DNA of 64,000 bases from Bacteroidia bacterium (GCA_039931675.1 JBDTRM010000266.1:47-64046); one strand, 5' to 3'; shown: positions 42,520 to 52,640, counted from the first letter of the stretch. Notes: generated by a model from the sequence alone, not told the origin. Numbers and translations are program-made.

Positions 42520-45471
42520 ATGACAACCTTCATTGACCAACTGATTGAAGAAATTAAAAACGGAAGTGAAAAAGATTTCAGTAAGATACAAGTTGTGTTT
42601 CCAACACGAAGGGCTTGCCTGATTTTTAAAAACCGTTTTGCTAATCATTTTGATAAACCGCAATGGTTGCCTGGTGTGGTGAGCATTGAAGATTTTATTT
42701 TAAGCCACAGCAAGTTTCCTTTGGCTGATGATATAACGTTGCTGCTTGAGTTATACGAAGTGTATGTAAAGTATTATCCGCAAATGAATGTGGATGATTT
42801 TTATCAGTGGGGAAAAATATTGCTGAATGATTTTGATGAAACGGACAGCAACTTAGTTGATCAGCAAAAATTATATTCAACTATTCAAGACCTTGCTGAC
42901 ATAGCAAATATGTTTGCACCTGGCGATGAAGAATTACAATTTCTCGAAGACTTCTGGAAAAGTATTTTCTCCTCTCCCCCAACTGACCTTCGCAAAAACT
43001 TTATTGAAAATTGGAAATTGCTTCCGCAGATAATTATTGATTTCAAAAAAAATCTTTTTGATAAAAAATTATTGTATCGAGGTCTTGCATATCGCACAGT
43101 TGCACAGCAAATCACTGAAGGAAAATTTGAAAGTAAGTTTTCGAAAATATTATTTGCAAGTTTCTATGCTTTATCAAAATCAGAAGAACTCATCATCAAA
43201 AATCTTGTGGAGCAAAATCGCGCAAAAATTTATTGGGATGCCGATAAATATTATGTGGAAGACAAAGTGCAGGAAGCCGGAGCTTATTTAAGGAATAATG
43301 CGCTGACTCACCTCACTCCTAACCCCTCTCCAAAGGAGAGGGGAACAGTCGCAGAGAAACGCCTCTCCGCTGGAGAGGAACTTGAAGAAGGGAAAAAAAT
43401 AAGCAGCAATGCACGTGCGAAGCCCCACCTCTCCTTTGGAGAGGGGGCAGGGGGTGAGGTGAGCACAGGCGACTATTTCAACACCATTCCAAAGCAAATT
43501 ACCTTAACAGGAATTCCATTACGCATTGGACAGGCAAAATATCTTGGACAAATGTTGCAAGAGTTGCATGACAAAAACGAATTAGATATTCAATCAACAG
43601 TTGTGGTTTTACCTGATGAACAATTGCTGTTTCCTGTTTTATATGGGTTGCCTGATTGCATTACTGATGTAAATATCACCATGGGATTTCCTGCAAAGAA
43701 CACAGCGCTTTTCAGTTTGCCAAATTCATATCTGATGTTGCTTAAACATAAAAGAGCAGCAAAAAAAATTGTTTATACGCGCATTGAGTTTTTTGATTTT
43801 ATCTCACATCCTTTTCTGAAGAACTACCTGAATAAACACAACAGGAATTTTTATTACGAGTGGGAACAAATGCAACTCACTTCGGTTGATATGAAAACAA
43901 TGAGTGAGAATTTTAAGAATGAAATTTTTGTGCTGCTCGATATCAAAGTTGAAACAATCAATGATTTGTTCAGCACATTACTTAAACTCTTAAATATTTT
44001 TTTGAATGAAGATAAAAATAAAAGATCGCTTTCACGCATTGAACGTGAAACGATAAAGTATTTTATTGATGCAATAAAAAATCACGAAGCATTGCTTGCC
44101 CCCCACCTATCCAAATTAAGTTTGAACAATGGCTTCACCATCATAAAAGATTTAGTAAAAACCATTCGCATTCCGTTTACGGGCGAACCCGTTAAAGGTT
44201 TGCAGGTGATGGGATTTCTTGAAACGCGCGTATTGGATTTTGAACGTGTCATCATTCTTTCTGTTAATGAAGATTTTCTTCCGGCAGCTAAGGCTTCAAA
44301 AACTTATATCCCCTACTCGCTTCGCAGAGCATTTGGTTTGCCAACCGATGAAAACCAGGATGCCATTTATGCTTATCACTTTTATCGTTTGCTGCAACGT
44401 GCAAAAAATATTCACCTTATTTATAATACTGAAGTCAAAAGCAACGGTGGTGGTGAACCAAGTCGTTATCTTTTACAGATTGAGCATGAACTGAAAAATA
44501 AACTATCCAATACGGTAACAGTTACACGCGAAATTATTTCGACTGATGTAGTCACCTATCCTGACAAAGAAATTACTATTAAGAAAGATGATGATGTATT
44601 GAAACTATTGCATGAAAAATATTTCAAGACTGAAGAACAAGAGGGCAAATCATTTTCAGCATCTTCTTTAAATACATATATCAATTGCTCACTTCAATTT
44701 TATTTCAAGTATGTGGCACAGATAAAAGAGAAAGAAGATTTTGAAGAAAATATTGATGCTGCTACATTTGGTAAAATATTGCATGGTGCAATGGAACACT
44801 TGTATGAATCAGGAAAGGAATATAACAAAGATGATATAAAGAGCTTGTATAAAAATGTTGATGTAGCAGTTAATGAATCAATAACCAAAGAATTTACTGA
44901 AGCGCAATTGGAAGGAAAAAATCTCCTTACAAAAAAAATAATCACTGAATTAGTAAATAAAATTTTGCGCAATGATGCTGATGATGTACCTTTCAAAATA
45001 CTCGAACTTGAAAAAGAATTTACAACACAAATTAATTTTGATGAAAACAATTCTGTTGTCGTAAGAGGTTTCATTGACCGTTTTGATTTTAAAGATAATG
45101 CAACACGAATATTAGATTACAAATCGGGAAAGGTTGATTTGCTGAGTGGGAAAAATAATTCAATTGAATTACTTTTTAATGATCCAAAATACAAAGGTGT
45201 TTTTCAATTGTATTTGTATGTGCTTATTGCAAGTAAAAATTTTCCTGGACAAAAATTCAAAGCAGCATTTTATCACCTGAAAGAATTGAATGAAGGGATG
45301 AAATACATTAATGACGAAAACATCTTCACCCAGGAACAAATTGATGAGTATGAAACACTCTTGAAAAAAATGCTTAGTGATATTTTTAATCCTGAAATTG
45401 CATTTACTCAGACTGATGATACTAACCGATGTGGTTATTGCGGTTATAAAGATATTTGCAACAGGCCATAA
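42520..45471 (+). CDS. AddB-like PD-(D/E)XK nuclease family protein with C-terminal Fe-S cysteine cluster, carrying an in-frame repeat-element insertion
   Basis: 983 aa. Nuclease motif GFIDRFD...RILDYKSGK. Cysteines at NCSLQFYF and CGYCGYKDIC form a Cas4/AddB-type 4Cys arrangement. See the insertion at 43307-43463. Confidence 0.75.
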   Translation: MTTFIDQLIEEIKNGSEKDFSKIQVVFPTRRACLIFKNRFANHFDKPQWLPGVVSIEDFILSHSKFPLADDITLLLELYEVYVKYYPQMNVDDFYQWGKILLNDFDETDSNLVDQQKLYSTIQDLADIANMFAPGDEELQFLEDFWKSIFSSPPTDLRKNFIENWKLLPQIIIDFKKNLFDKKLLYRGLAYRTVAQQITEGKFESKFSKILFASFYALSKSEELIIKNLVEQNRAKIYWDADKYYVEDKVQEAGAYLRNNALTHLTPNPSPKERGTVAEKRLSAGEELEEGKKISSNARAKPHLSFGEGAGGEVSTGDYFNTIPKQITLTGIPLRIGQAKYLGQMLQELHDKNELDIQSTVVVLPDEQLLFPVLYGLPDCITDVNITMGFPAKNTALFSLPNSYLMLLKHKRAAKKIVYTRIEFFDFISHPFLKNYLNKHNRNFYYEWEQMQLTSVDMKTMSENFKNEIFVLLDIKVETINDLFSTLLKLLNIFLNEDKNKRSLSRIERETIKYFIDAIKNHEALLAPHLSKLSLNNGFTIIKDLVKTIRIPFTGEPVKGLQVMGFLETRVLDFERVIILSVNEDFLPAAKASKTYIPYSLRRAFGLPTDENQDAIYAYHFYRLLQRAKNIHLIYNTEVKSNGGGEPSRYLLQIEHELKNKLSNTVTVTREIISTDVVTYPDKEITIKKDDDVLKLLHEKYFKTEEQEGKSFSASSLNTYINCSLQFYFKYVAQIKEKEDFEENIDAATFGKILHGAMEHLYESGKEYNKDDIKSLYKNVDVAVNESITKEFTEAQLEGKNLLTKKIITELVNKILRNDADDVPFKILELEKEFTTQINFDENNSVVVRGFIDRFDFKDNATRILDYKSGKVDLLSGKNNSIELLFNDPKYKGVFQLYLYVLIASKNFPGQKFKAAFYHLKELNEGMKYINDENIFTQEQIDEYETLLKKMLSDIFNPEIAFTQTDDTNRCGYCGYKDICNRP
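43307..43463. repeat. MITE/REP-like GC-rich palindromic element inserted in frame inside the nuclease gene
   Basis: Terminal inverted repeat CTCACCTCAC (43307-43316) and GTGAGGTGAG (43454-43463). Three CCTCTCC-N3-GGAGAGG hairpins lie at about 43324, 43371 and 43427. It translates as LTHLTPNPSPKERG...PHLSFGEGAGGEVS. Local GC is clearly above the flanks. Confidence 0.75.
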
Positions 45472-45529
45472 CGATAGTTTCCAACATTATAAAGAGAATA
45501 CTATTTTGGCATCATAAAAAACATTAATT

Positions 45530-46303
45530 ATGATTCGAAAAATATTTGGTTCTAAACAACGCAAACATGCAGGGATAAGATGGAGGGCACACGATATTTA
45601 TCGCATTGAAGCATTAAGCGATGCTGTGTTTGCTTTTGCAGTTACGCTGCTTGTAGTATCGCTCGAAGTGCCGAAAACTTTTCATGAGCTGTATGCAAGT
45701 TTGTTTCCGGGTATCATTGGTTTCGCTATTGGTTTTTTATTTCTGATGTTGATTCGGCATGATCATTATCTTTTTTTCAGAATGTATGGATTGAAAGATA
45801 CTACAACAATTTTCTGGACATGCGTATTGCTTTTCGTGGTTTTATTTTACATATATCCAACCAAATTTCTCTTTACTTTAATGTTTAGCGGTACCGGCAT
45901 TATTGAAGAGCATGGCGTGATGGTTAAGATGATTGAATCAGCGGATGAATGGCGAAAGCTGATGATGTTATATGGTTTCGGATTTTCTATGGTTTATTTT
46001 ACGCTTTGGCAATTATATCATCATGCTTTTAAAATGCGCGAACACTTAAAATTGACTCCTGTTGAAGTTTTTCTTACGAAAAGTTCAGAGTTTCACCAGT
46101 TGGCAATGTGTGCAATCGGTTGTTTATCTTTTGGCCTTGCTTATTTTTTACCACCGGAGAAATGCGGTAATGCAGGCATGATATTTATGTTGATTTGGCC
46201 CGTACTCACCATTTTACATACCATAAGACGAAAACAATTAAACAGTAAATTTTCGGCTGAAGAAATTTTAAAACACACAGAGCATCTTAATGAAAAGCCA
46301 TAA
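45530..46303 (+). CDS. TMEM175-family (DUF1211) potassium channel-like membrane protein
   Basis: 257 aa. Signature RIEALSDAVFAFAVTLLV in TM1, and six hydrophobic helices. Confidence 0.75.
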   Translation: MIRKIFGSKQRKHAGIRWRAHDIYRIEALSDAVFAFAVTLLVVSLEVPKTFHELYASLFPGIIGFAIGFLFLMLIRHDHYLFFRMYGLKDTTTIFWTCVLLFVVLFYIYPTKFLFTLMFSGTGIIEEHGVMVKMIESADEWRKLMMLYGFGFSMVYFTLWQLYHHAFKMREHLKLTPVEVFLTKSSEFHQLAMCAIGCLSFGLAYFLPPEKCGNAGMIFMLIWPVLTILHTIRRKQLNSKFSAEEILKHTEHLNEKP

Positions 46304-46330
46304 AATAAAATGATTTTGAGTGATTAAAGT

Positions 46331-47302
46331 TTAATGCTTCAGTGCTCGTTTTTTAATCATGCCCCCTTTAGTATCCTTCACACTGTTCATCACCACAAAA
46401 GCATTGGGATCAATTTTTTCAATTTCAGTATTAAGTTTATTTAATTCAAGACGAGTGATTACAGTGTAGATAATATCAATCTCACCTGTTTCACCTTTCT
46501 TGCCGTAGCCGCGTTTACCCCTGTAAACAGTTACACCGCGTCCCATTTTATTTATAATCATCAATCGTATTTCATTGCTGTGAGATGAAATAATAGTAAC
46601 GCCTGTGTATTCATCAATACCTTCAATTACAAAGTCGAGAGTTCTGGATGCAGCGAGGTAAGTGATCATCGAATACAAAGCAGTTTCAATGGAAAGCAAA
46701 TAAGTAGCTGCAGAAAAAATAATCACATTAATGATGATAATGATATCGCCAATGGTTGTACCTAATTTTCGGCTGAGAAAAATTGCAAGCACTTCTGTTC
46801 CGTCAATCACAGCACCTCCTCTTACTGAAAGACCAATGCCTGCACCAAGAAAAAATCCACCGAATACAGCTACTAATAATTTATCATGTGTTACGTCAGG
46901 AAAATGTACGAACGCCACGCATAATGCAAGACCACCTATTGCAAGCGCAGTTTTAATTGCAAATTGAGATCCTATAATTTTGTAACCTAAAAAAACAAAC
47001 GGAATATTTATTATAACAAGTAAAAGATAAAGTGGCATAGAAGTAATTTCAGTTATGAGCAGCGATATTCCGGTTGCACCACCATCAATAAATTTATTGG
47101 GCAATAAAAAACTCTCTAAACCAAAAGCTGCTGAAAATATTCCTGTTGAAATCAATAACACATCTTTGAATGATCGCACAACGACAATCTTTAACTCGCG
47201 AAAGCCTTTCGCAATAATAAACGGGGAATGTTCCTTTTCATCAGGTTGCTTCTTATCCCTGAGAACTGTTTGAATAACTACTTGCGTCCAGAATGGGTCC
47301 AT
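46331..47302 (-). CDS. YitT-family membrane protein with C-terminal DUF2179 domain
   Basis: 323 aa. GGATGISLL motif, multiple TMs, and a C-terminal soluble domain (VTIISSHSNEI...YTVITRLELNKL...VVMNSVKDTKGG). Confidence 0.8.
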   Translation of the reverse strand: MDPFWTQVVIQTVLRDKKQPDEKEHSPFIIAKGFRELKIVVVRSFKDVLLISTGIFSAAFGLESFLLPNKFIDGGATGISLLITEITSMPLYLLLVIINIPFVFLGYKIIGSQFAIKTALAIGGLALCVAFVHFPDVTHDKLLVAVFGGFFLGAGIGLSVRGGAVIDGTEVLAIFLSRKLGTTIGDIIIIINVIIFSAATYLLSIETALYSMITYLAASRTLDFVIEGIDEYTGVTIISSHSNEIRLMIINKMGRGVTVYRGKRGYGKKGETGEIDIIYTVITRLELNKLNTEIEKIDPNAFVVMNSVKDTKGGMIKKRALKH

Positions 47303-47470
47303 ATCAGATGAATGTTGGCAAATTTTTAAATGCCTGATTAAACTGCTGCAAAATAAATTTTTTCTACACTAAAACTTTAAAAGCGCTTACAAAAAACTTT
47401 TCCTTCCCTGCTTTGATTAAGGTGTTTAACAATTATATTCGCTTCCTACACTTTTAAATTTTACACCATT

Positions 47471-49099
47471 ATGCCACGTACCTCATTAATGCAAGTTGTA
47501 AGGCGAGCCTTTCACATAGCAAAACAAGCCAGCAATTCCTCATCAACTGATAAGGAAGAAGTTGTAGAACAGATTTATGCATCGGGTTATTCACGAAGAC
47601 AATTTATCGGCAACACTGTAAAGAGCGCTGCTGTGTTAGGTTTAGGTTTACCGTTATTACAGTCATGTGCCAGAGAAGAAATTAAACCTGGCGACACAGG
47701 GGTTGATTTCTTAAGCAACCGCCTTATTGGTTGTCCTAAAATAGTAATTGTAGGTGCAGGTGTGGCCGGCCTTAATTGCGCATTTACATTGCGTGATGTT
47801 GGCATAGCTTCTACTGTTTATGAAGCAAGCACGCGCCACGGAGGGCGCATGAACACAGCAAAAAATATTTTAGCACCAGGACTTACCACAGAAATGGGTG
47901 GAGAGTTTATTGACTCAGGCCATCATCATATTTTAAAATTAGCGCAGCGTTTCGGTTTAAACTTAATTGATACTAATGATTCACAGATCAATGGTTTGAC
48001 TAAAGATGTTTTCTTTTTTGATAACACTTCATATACCGAGGCTGATGTTATAAACGCCCTCCTTCCCATTGCGGCAACTATCCAGGCAGATATAGATACA
48101 CTGCCAGATACCATTACTGCCTGGAATCCAGGTGGCGCTACGGCTTTTGACAATGTAAGCCTTGAGCAATACATCAATAATCTCAACTGCGTGCAGTGGT
48201 TAAAAGAATTACTTACTGTAGCCTACGTTACTGAATACGGGCTTGATGCCGCAGAACAATGCTGCATCAATATGCTTTACCTGATATCGGTTGATACTTC
48301 AAACGGCTTTCAAATTTTTGGAGATAGTGACGAACGTTATAAAATTGAAGGTGGTAATCATCACATTCCAAACAAACTTGCAAAGGCATTGTGCCAGCAA
48401 ATTGAATACGATCGCAAGTTGGTAGAAGTTGATTTAAAAAATAATGGCAAGTATCGTTTGCATTTTGAATCATCTTGCGCACCAACTACAACTGTAAATG
48501 CTGATATAGTAGTATTCGCATTGCCCTTTACATTGCTCCGTGAAGTCACGTTTAATTTTCCATTGCCTGCATGGAAAACCAATGCAATTCAAAATTTAGG
48601 TTATGGAACTAATGCAAAAGTTATGGCAGGATTTAACACCCGTTACTGGCAAACATTTAATAAAGCAGGCCAGGTTTTTACAGATGAAAGTTTCCAGTTG
48701 GGTTGGGACAACAGCGAATTGCAAGGCGGTACTGCCGGAGGCTATACTTTTTATTCAGGTGGTACTGCTGGCGTTACTGTGGGTAATGGAAGCGCAGTAT
48801 CGCAATACAACAATTTAATTACAGGTTTGGAAAAAGTTTATCCGGGCATTACTGCACAGCATAATGGAAATGTTGTACGGTTCCATTGGCCAACCTTTCA
48901 ATATACAAAAGGAAGTTACGCCTGTTATAAAACCGGACAGTACACCACTATTACAGGTTATGAACGCAAACCGGTTGACAATTTATTTTTCTGTGGAGAG
49001 CACTGCAGTCTTAGTTTTCAAGGTTATATGAATGGCGGTGCTGAAACGGGTGAAAAAGCGGCTAAAAAGATTTTGGAAAAAATTGGTGTAACAGTTTAA
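47471..49099 (+). CDS. Flavin-dependent amine oxidase family protein with Tat-type signal and lipobox
   Basis: 542 aa. SRRQFIGNTVKSAAVLGLGLPLLQSC (twin-arginine plus Cys). FAD dinucleotide fold IVIVGAGVAGLNCA...YEASTRHGGR. C-terminal FFCGEHCS. Confidence 0.8.
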   Translation: MPRTSLMQVVRRAFHIAKQASNSSSTDKEEVVEQIYASGYSRRQFIGNTVKSAAVLGLGLPLLQSCAREEIKPGDTGVDFLSNRLIGCPKIVIVGAGVAGLNCAFTLRDVGIASTVYEASTRHGGRMNTAKNILAPGLTTEMGGEFIDSGHHHILKLAQRFGLNLIDTNDSQINGLTKDVFFFDNTSYTEADVINALLPIAATIQADIDTLPDTITAWNPGGATAFDNVSLEQYINNLNCVQWLKELLTVAYVTEYGLDAAEQCCINMLYLISVDTSNGFQIFGDSDERYKIEGGNHHIPNKLAKALCQQIEYDRKLVEVDLKNNGKYRLHFESSCAPTTTVNADIVVFALPFTLLREVTFNFPLPAWKTNAIQNLGYGTNAKVMAGFNTRYWQTFNKAGQVFTDESFQLGWDNSELQGGTAGGYTFYSGGTAGVTVGNGSAVSQYNNLITGLEKVYPGITAQHNGNVVRFHWPTFQYTKGSYACYKTGQYTTITGYERKPVDNLFFCGEHCSLSFQGYMNGGAETGEKAAKKILEKIGVTV

Positions 49100-49112
49100 C
49101 CGCGTTTCACCA

Positions 49113-49520
49113 TCAACTGAATACTCTCAAAGAAGTACCGGTAAGTGCTGTATTATATTTTGTAAGTGATGATGATGCAGGCCCGTTTATTACTGCACCT
49201 GTTTCAGAAAAATTGCTGCCATGATTAGGACAATGAAAACGGTTTTGACTCCCTTCATAGCTTATAGTAGTTCCTTCATGCGTGCATGTTTGTGAAACAG
49301 CAATAAAATTTCCTGTTGTTGATTTTGCTACAATCACTCCATCCTGATAAATAAATCCACCAATATTATTAAGTGCGCTGTTAGCACTTTGTGTAAGGTC
49401 TAAAGTGAAGTCAACAATTGCAGGTGTGCTATCACTTTTTTTACAACTGTTTAAGCATGAGGCAAGCACAAATGCTCCTGCACTCATGCCTGTCAGTTTT
49501 AAGAATTCCTTCCTGTTCAT
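49113..49520 (-). CDS. Rieske [2Fe-2S] domain protein with Tat-like signal and lipobox
   Basis: CTHEGTTISY...FHCPNHGSNF is the CxH...CxxH Rieske motif. I chose the start at internal Met 49520 (MNRKEFLKLTGMSAGAFVLASC). The track ORF extends to 49655 without support. Confidence 0.8.
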   Translation of the reverse strand: MNRKEFLKLTGMSAGAFVLASCLNSCKKSDSTPAIVDFTLDLTQSANSALNNIGGFIYQDGVIVAKSTTGNFIAVSQTCTHEGTTISYEGSQNRFHCPNHGSNFSETGAVINGPASSSLTKYNTALTGTSLRVFS

Positions 49521-49687
49521 AAATTTGAATTTTTGCGAAAGGTAACAGCATGAATTAAACAATAAACATGAATTAAGAAAAATTTCAGTTAACTGACTTT
49601 GATAACCCGATAATTTTAAAACAAATTTTATTCTATTTATGCACTTTCTTTTCATTCATTAAAACTATAGTGAGATAAAACAAGTAG

Positions 49688-50491
49688 GTGAGCAAAAATT
49701 ATTTTTCAGGAAAAACTATTTTAATAACGGGTGCCTCATCAGGTATCGGCAAAGCGCTGGCCGAAGGCTTGGCCGCCCATGATGTGCAATTAATTTTAAC
49801 AGCGCGCAGAACAGATGAACTCAAATCGCTCAGTAATGCCTGCACTGAAAAAGGTTCAACTTGTTTTTGCTTTTATTTAGACCTGGGCAACAGTAACAGC
49901 ATTGATGATTTTTGCAATACCATAAAAAAAGATTTTAAAAGCCTGGATATTCTTATTAATAATGCCGGCATAAGTCAGCGCTCGCTTGCTGAGGAAACTG
50001 AATTAAAAGTTGATCGCATGTTGATGGAAGTAAATTTTTTTGGCACTGTTCATCTTACCAAGGCATTGTGGCCATTGCTAATACATTCTCAACAAGGACA
50101 AATTGTTTTGATGAGCAGCCTCACCGGAACATTCGGATTCCCGCTCAGAAGTGCTTACGCAGCCTCCAAACATGCCATTGAAGGCTTTTTTGAATCGTGG
50201 TTTTTAGAAAATAAGCATCATAAAATTTTTTTTTCCGTTATTGCACCCGGACGCATTCAAACAAACATTTCGTTTTCGGCTTTAAAGAGTGATGGCTCTG
50301 CCCATGCTTTATTAGATAAAGGGCAGGAAAAAGGAATTCCTGTAGCGATTTGCGCAGCTAAAATTATCAGGGGAATTAAAAAACGGAAACGAAAAGTTTA
50401 CATTATTAAAAATGAATGGGTGCTCCTGTTCCTTCATAAATATTTCCCCCGGCTCTTCGAGCGATTAGTAATAAAGTTAAAACTGTTATAA
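49688..50491 (+). CDS. Short-chain dehydrogenase/reductase (SDR) family oxidoreductase
   Basis: 267 aa with a GTG start. TGASSGIGKA, NNAG and the YAASKHA catalytic motif. Confidence 0.85.
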   Translation: MSKNYFSGKTILITGASSGIGKALAEGLAAHDVQLILTARRTDELKSLSNACTEKGSTCFCFYLDLGNSNSIDDFCNTIKKDFKSLDILINNAGISQRSLAEETELKVDRMLMEVNFFGTVHLTKALWPLLIHSQQGQIVLMSSLTGTFGFPLRSAYAASKHAIEGFFESWFLENKHHKIFFSVIAPGRIQTNISFSALKSDGSAHALLDKGQEKGIPVAICAAKIIRGIKKRKRKVYIIKNEWVLLFLHKYFPRLFERLVIKLKLL

Positions 50492-50492
50492 T

Positions 50493-51536
50493 ATGAATTT
50501 AGTTTCAGGAATACAGCAGGTAGGTATTGGTGTTCACAATGCTGAGGATGCTTTTAAATGGTTCAGGCAAACTTTTGGTATCAATGCAAAAATATTTGAT
50601 GATGAAGCAGAAGCCACATTAATGAAATCCTATACAGGCAATGCTGTCCACAAACGCAGAGCCATACTTGCTTATAATATGAATGGCGGTGGCGGGACTG
50701 AAATATGGCAATTTACTTCGCGCAAATCTGCAGAGTCAAAACAAGTAGTTAAATGGGGGGATTTAGGTATCAATGCTGTTAAGTTAAAAAGCAACAATGT
50801 TGAAAAAAGTCATCTTCAAATAAAATCAAAAGATAAAACTGAATTGTTTGATGATCCGGGTAAAAACAAAAGTTTTTTTGTTTCAGATAATCTCCAGAAT
50901 GCATACCAGGTGGTTGACGATAATTCATGGTTTAAACGACAATCATATATGCAGGGTGGTGTGTGCGGTGCTATAATAGGTGTAAGCAACATGGATAAAT
51001 CGCTTGCATTTTATAAAGATGCATTTAATTTAAATGAAGTGGTGTATGATGTTACCGGCACTTTTGATGATCTTGGAAAAGATTCGGCTGGCAAACGTTA
51101 CAGGCGGGTTTTGCTCAAATTGGAAAATGATTATAAAGCTGCTTTCAGCAAATTACTTGGCGATATTCAGATTGAATTAATTCAGTCATTTGATGATGTG
51201 CCTCATAAAACTTACGATAACCGTTATTGGGGAGATATAGGTTTTATTCATTTATGTTTTGATGTTCCCGATATGCAGGCTTTAAAATCAAAACTGCATA
51301 AATCAGGATATTTGTTTACAGTTGACAGTGCAGATACCTTTGATATGGGCGATAGCGGTGGCCGCTTTGGTTATGTTGAAGACCCTGACGGAACATTAAT
51401 TGAAATGGTGGAAATACATAAATTGCCTGTAATGAAAAAATTAGGCATTTATTTTAATGTCAAAAACCGTAAGCGCCAAAAACCGCTGCCTGACTGGATG
51501 GTAGGACTGCTCCGTTTAAACAAAGTGGCGGATTAA
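50493..51536 (+). CDS. Two-domain VOC (glyoxalase/bleomycin-resistance/dioxygenase) family protein
   Basis: 347 aa. Two beta-alpha-beta-beta-beta starts (IQQVGIGVHNAEDAFKWF; AIIGVSNMDKSLAFYKDAF) and GYVEDPDGTLIEMVE. Confidence 0.65.
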   Translation: MNLVSGIQQVGIGVHNAEDAFKWFRQTFGINAKIFDDEAEATLMKSYTGNAVHKRRAILAYNMNGGGGTEIWQFTSRKSAESKQVVKWGDLGINAVKLKSNNVEKSHLQIKSKDKTELFDDPGKNKSFFVSDNLQNAYQVVDDNSWFKRQSYMQGGVCGAIIGVSNMDKSLAFYKDAFNLNEVVYDVTGTFDDLGKDSAGKRYRRVLLKLENDYKAAFSKLLGDIQIELIQSFDDVPHKTYDNRYWGDIGFIHLCFDVPDMQALKSKLHKSGYLFTVDSADTFDMGDSGGRFGYVEDPDGTLIEMVEIHKLPVMKKLGIYFNVKNRKRQKPLPDWMVGLLRLNKVAD

Positions 51537-52484
51537 AAAATAAATTCCAATTAAGATCAGCACATAGAAAGGCAACAGAAAAACAAGCAGTCCAAACAAA
51601 ACTGAATCGTAATGTACAGTGCCTTTTGTAAACTTACCGGTTAAAAAACTACATATCCAATAATGTGGTATTAAAATTATTGAAGCATGTATAGCTGATG
51701 GAATAAATTTCTTTGTGGGTTTAATCTCCTTCTCATTAAATCCTTGTTTGATTTTTGATAGCAATTCAACACCATTATATTTTTTTTCAAGATTGTTCCA
51801 GTTGGTTATAAACTTTTGTTGCCTTATTGAACCATCAACAAGTTCATCATCTGTAAAAATTAATTCTTCGAGGCTTGATCTTAATTGCCGATTAAACTGC
51901 GAACTGAAATTTGGCTGATCTAATATCTCTATAAAATCATTTCTCGATAGCGGAGATCCGAAATTTATGATCATTGATTTGCCGGCTCCTTTGTAATGCT
52001 GGTAAGTGAGACCTACAGGAATTACAACTGTATGCATTGTGTTTTCATATTGCCAGGCTTGTTGCGCTAATCGCATCACTCCTTTTTTAAGCGGACGCAA
52101 CTTCCAATTGTTTATGCAAAGCCCTTCTACAAAAATCAATACTGTTCCATTAGCATTAAAAATTGATTGACATACTTGAAATGTCTCCAGATTTTTGCTG
52201 ACATTTTCTATACCCTCGCTCAAACGATAAACAGGAATCATGTGGCTGGCTCTCAAAATTCCGGCTGCAATTTTATTTTTAAAAGCATCGCCCCGCGTAA
52301 GTGAATTTACAGGTTCATCTAAATTCACAGCAACTATCATTGCATCCATAAATGAATTAGGATGATTAATTGCAAGTATAATGGGTGTGTTAGCCAAAAC
52401 ATTTTCTTTGCCTATAACAGTTACCTTCTGATAAAAAACTGAAAATGCTTTTTTAAAAATATACCGCGTTATATAATAAAACAT
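51516..52484 (-). CDS. 1-acyl-sn-glycerol-3-phosphate acyltransferase family protein (PlsC-like) with C-terminal TM extension
   Basis: HX4D motif NHPNSFMDA and motif FVEG. Start chosen at ATG 52484 (MFYYITRY...). The track ORF begins at an upstream TTG (52526). Confidence 0.7.
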   Translation of the reverse strand: MFYYITRYIFKKAFSVFYQKVTVIGKENVLANTPIILAINHPNSFMDAMIVAVNLDEPVNSLTRGDAFKNKIAAGILRASHMIPVYRLSEGIENVSKNLETFQVCQSIFNANGTVLIFVEGLCINNWKLRPLKKGVMRLAQQAWQYENTMHTVVIPVGLTYQHYKGAGKSMIINFGSPLSRNDFIEILDQPNFSSQFNRQLRSSLEELIFTDDELVDGSIRQQKFITNWNNLEKKYNGVELLSKIKQGFNEKEIKPTKKFIPSAIHASIILIPHYWICSFLTGKFTKGTVHYDSVLFGLLVFLLPFYVLILIGIYFLIRHFV

Positions 52485-52604
52485 TGTTAATTCGTTTGAA
52501 AAATCCCCTGCAAGATAAGACCGCAAGATGCAAAAGCCAGGACAAAACGGAAAACGTAAGTTTTGATAACCTACATAAAATTAAAGGATTATTATCACTA
52601 AATT

Positions 52605-52640
52605 AAAAAAGCCTTCGCTGGTTTTAAAACCAGCGAAGGC
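52605..52640 (-). terminator. Rho-independent terminator downstream of the SGDH/PA14 gene pair
   Basis: GCCTTCGCTGGTT (52611-52623), loop TTAA, AACCAGCGAAGGC (52628-52640). On the minus strand the stem is followed by TTTTTT (A6 at 52605-52610 on plus). Confidence 0.8.

Noticed and set aside
42237-42536. 99-aa plus-strand ORF ending in ...HIPIFPYSHISIFPYSLISIITHDNLH
   Set aside because: It runs through the palindrome cluster and the 8-bp array and overlaps the real start at 42520. It is an artefact.
43288-43497. 69-aa minus-strand ORF inside the nuclease gene
   Set aside because: It is the antisense reading of the palindromic insertion (CPLSKGEVG..., LLWRGVRSEV). Palindromes stay open on both strands.
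49521-49655. N-terminal 45 codons of the track ORF for the Rieske protein
   Set aside because: The Tat-like signal begins at the internal Met (49520). The upstream extension (MKRKCINRIKFVLKLSGYQS...) has no signal logic and is AT-rich leader sequence.
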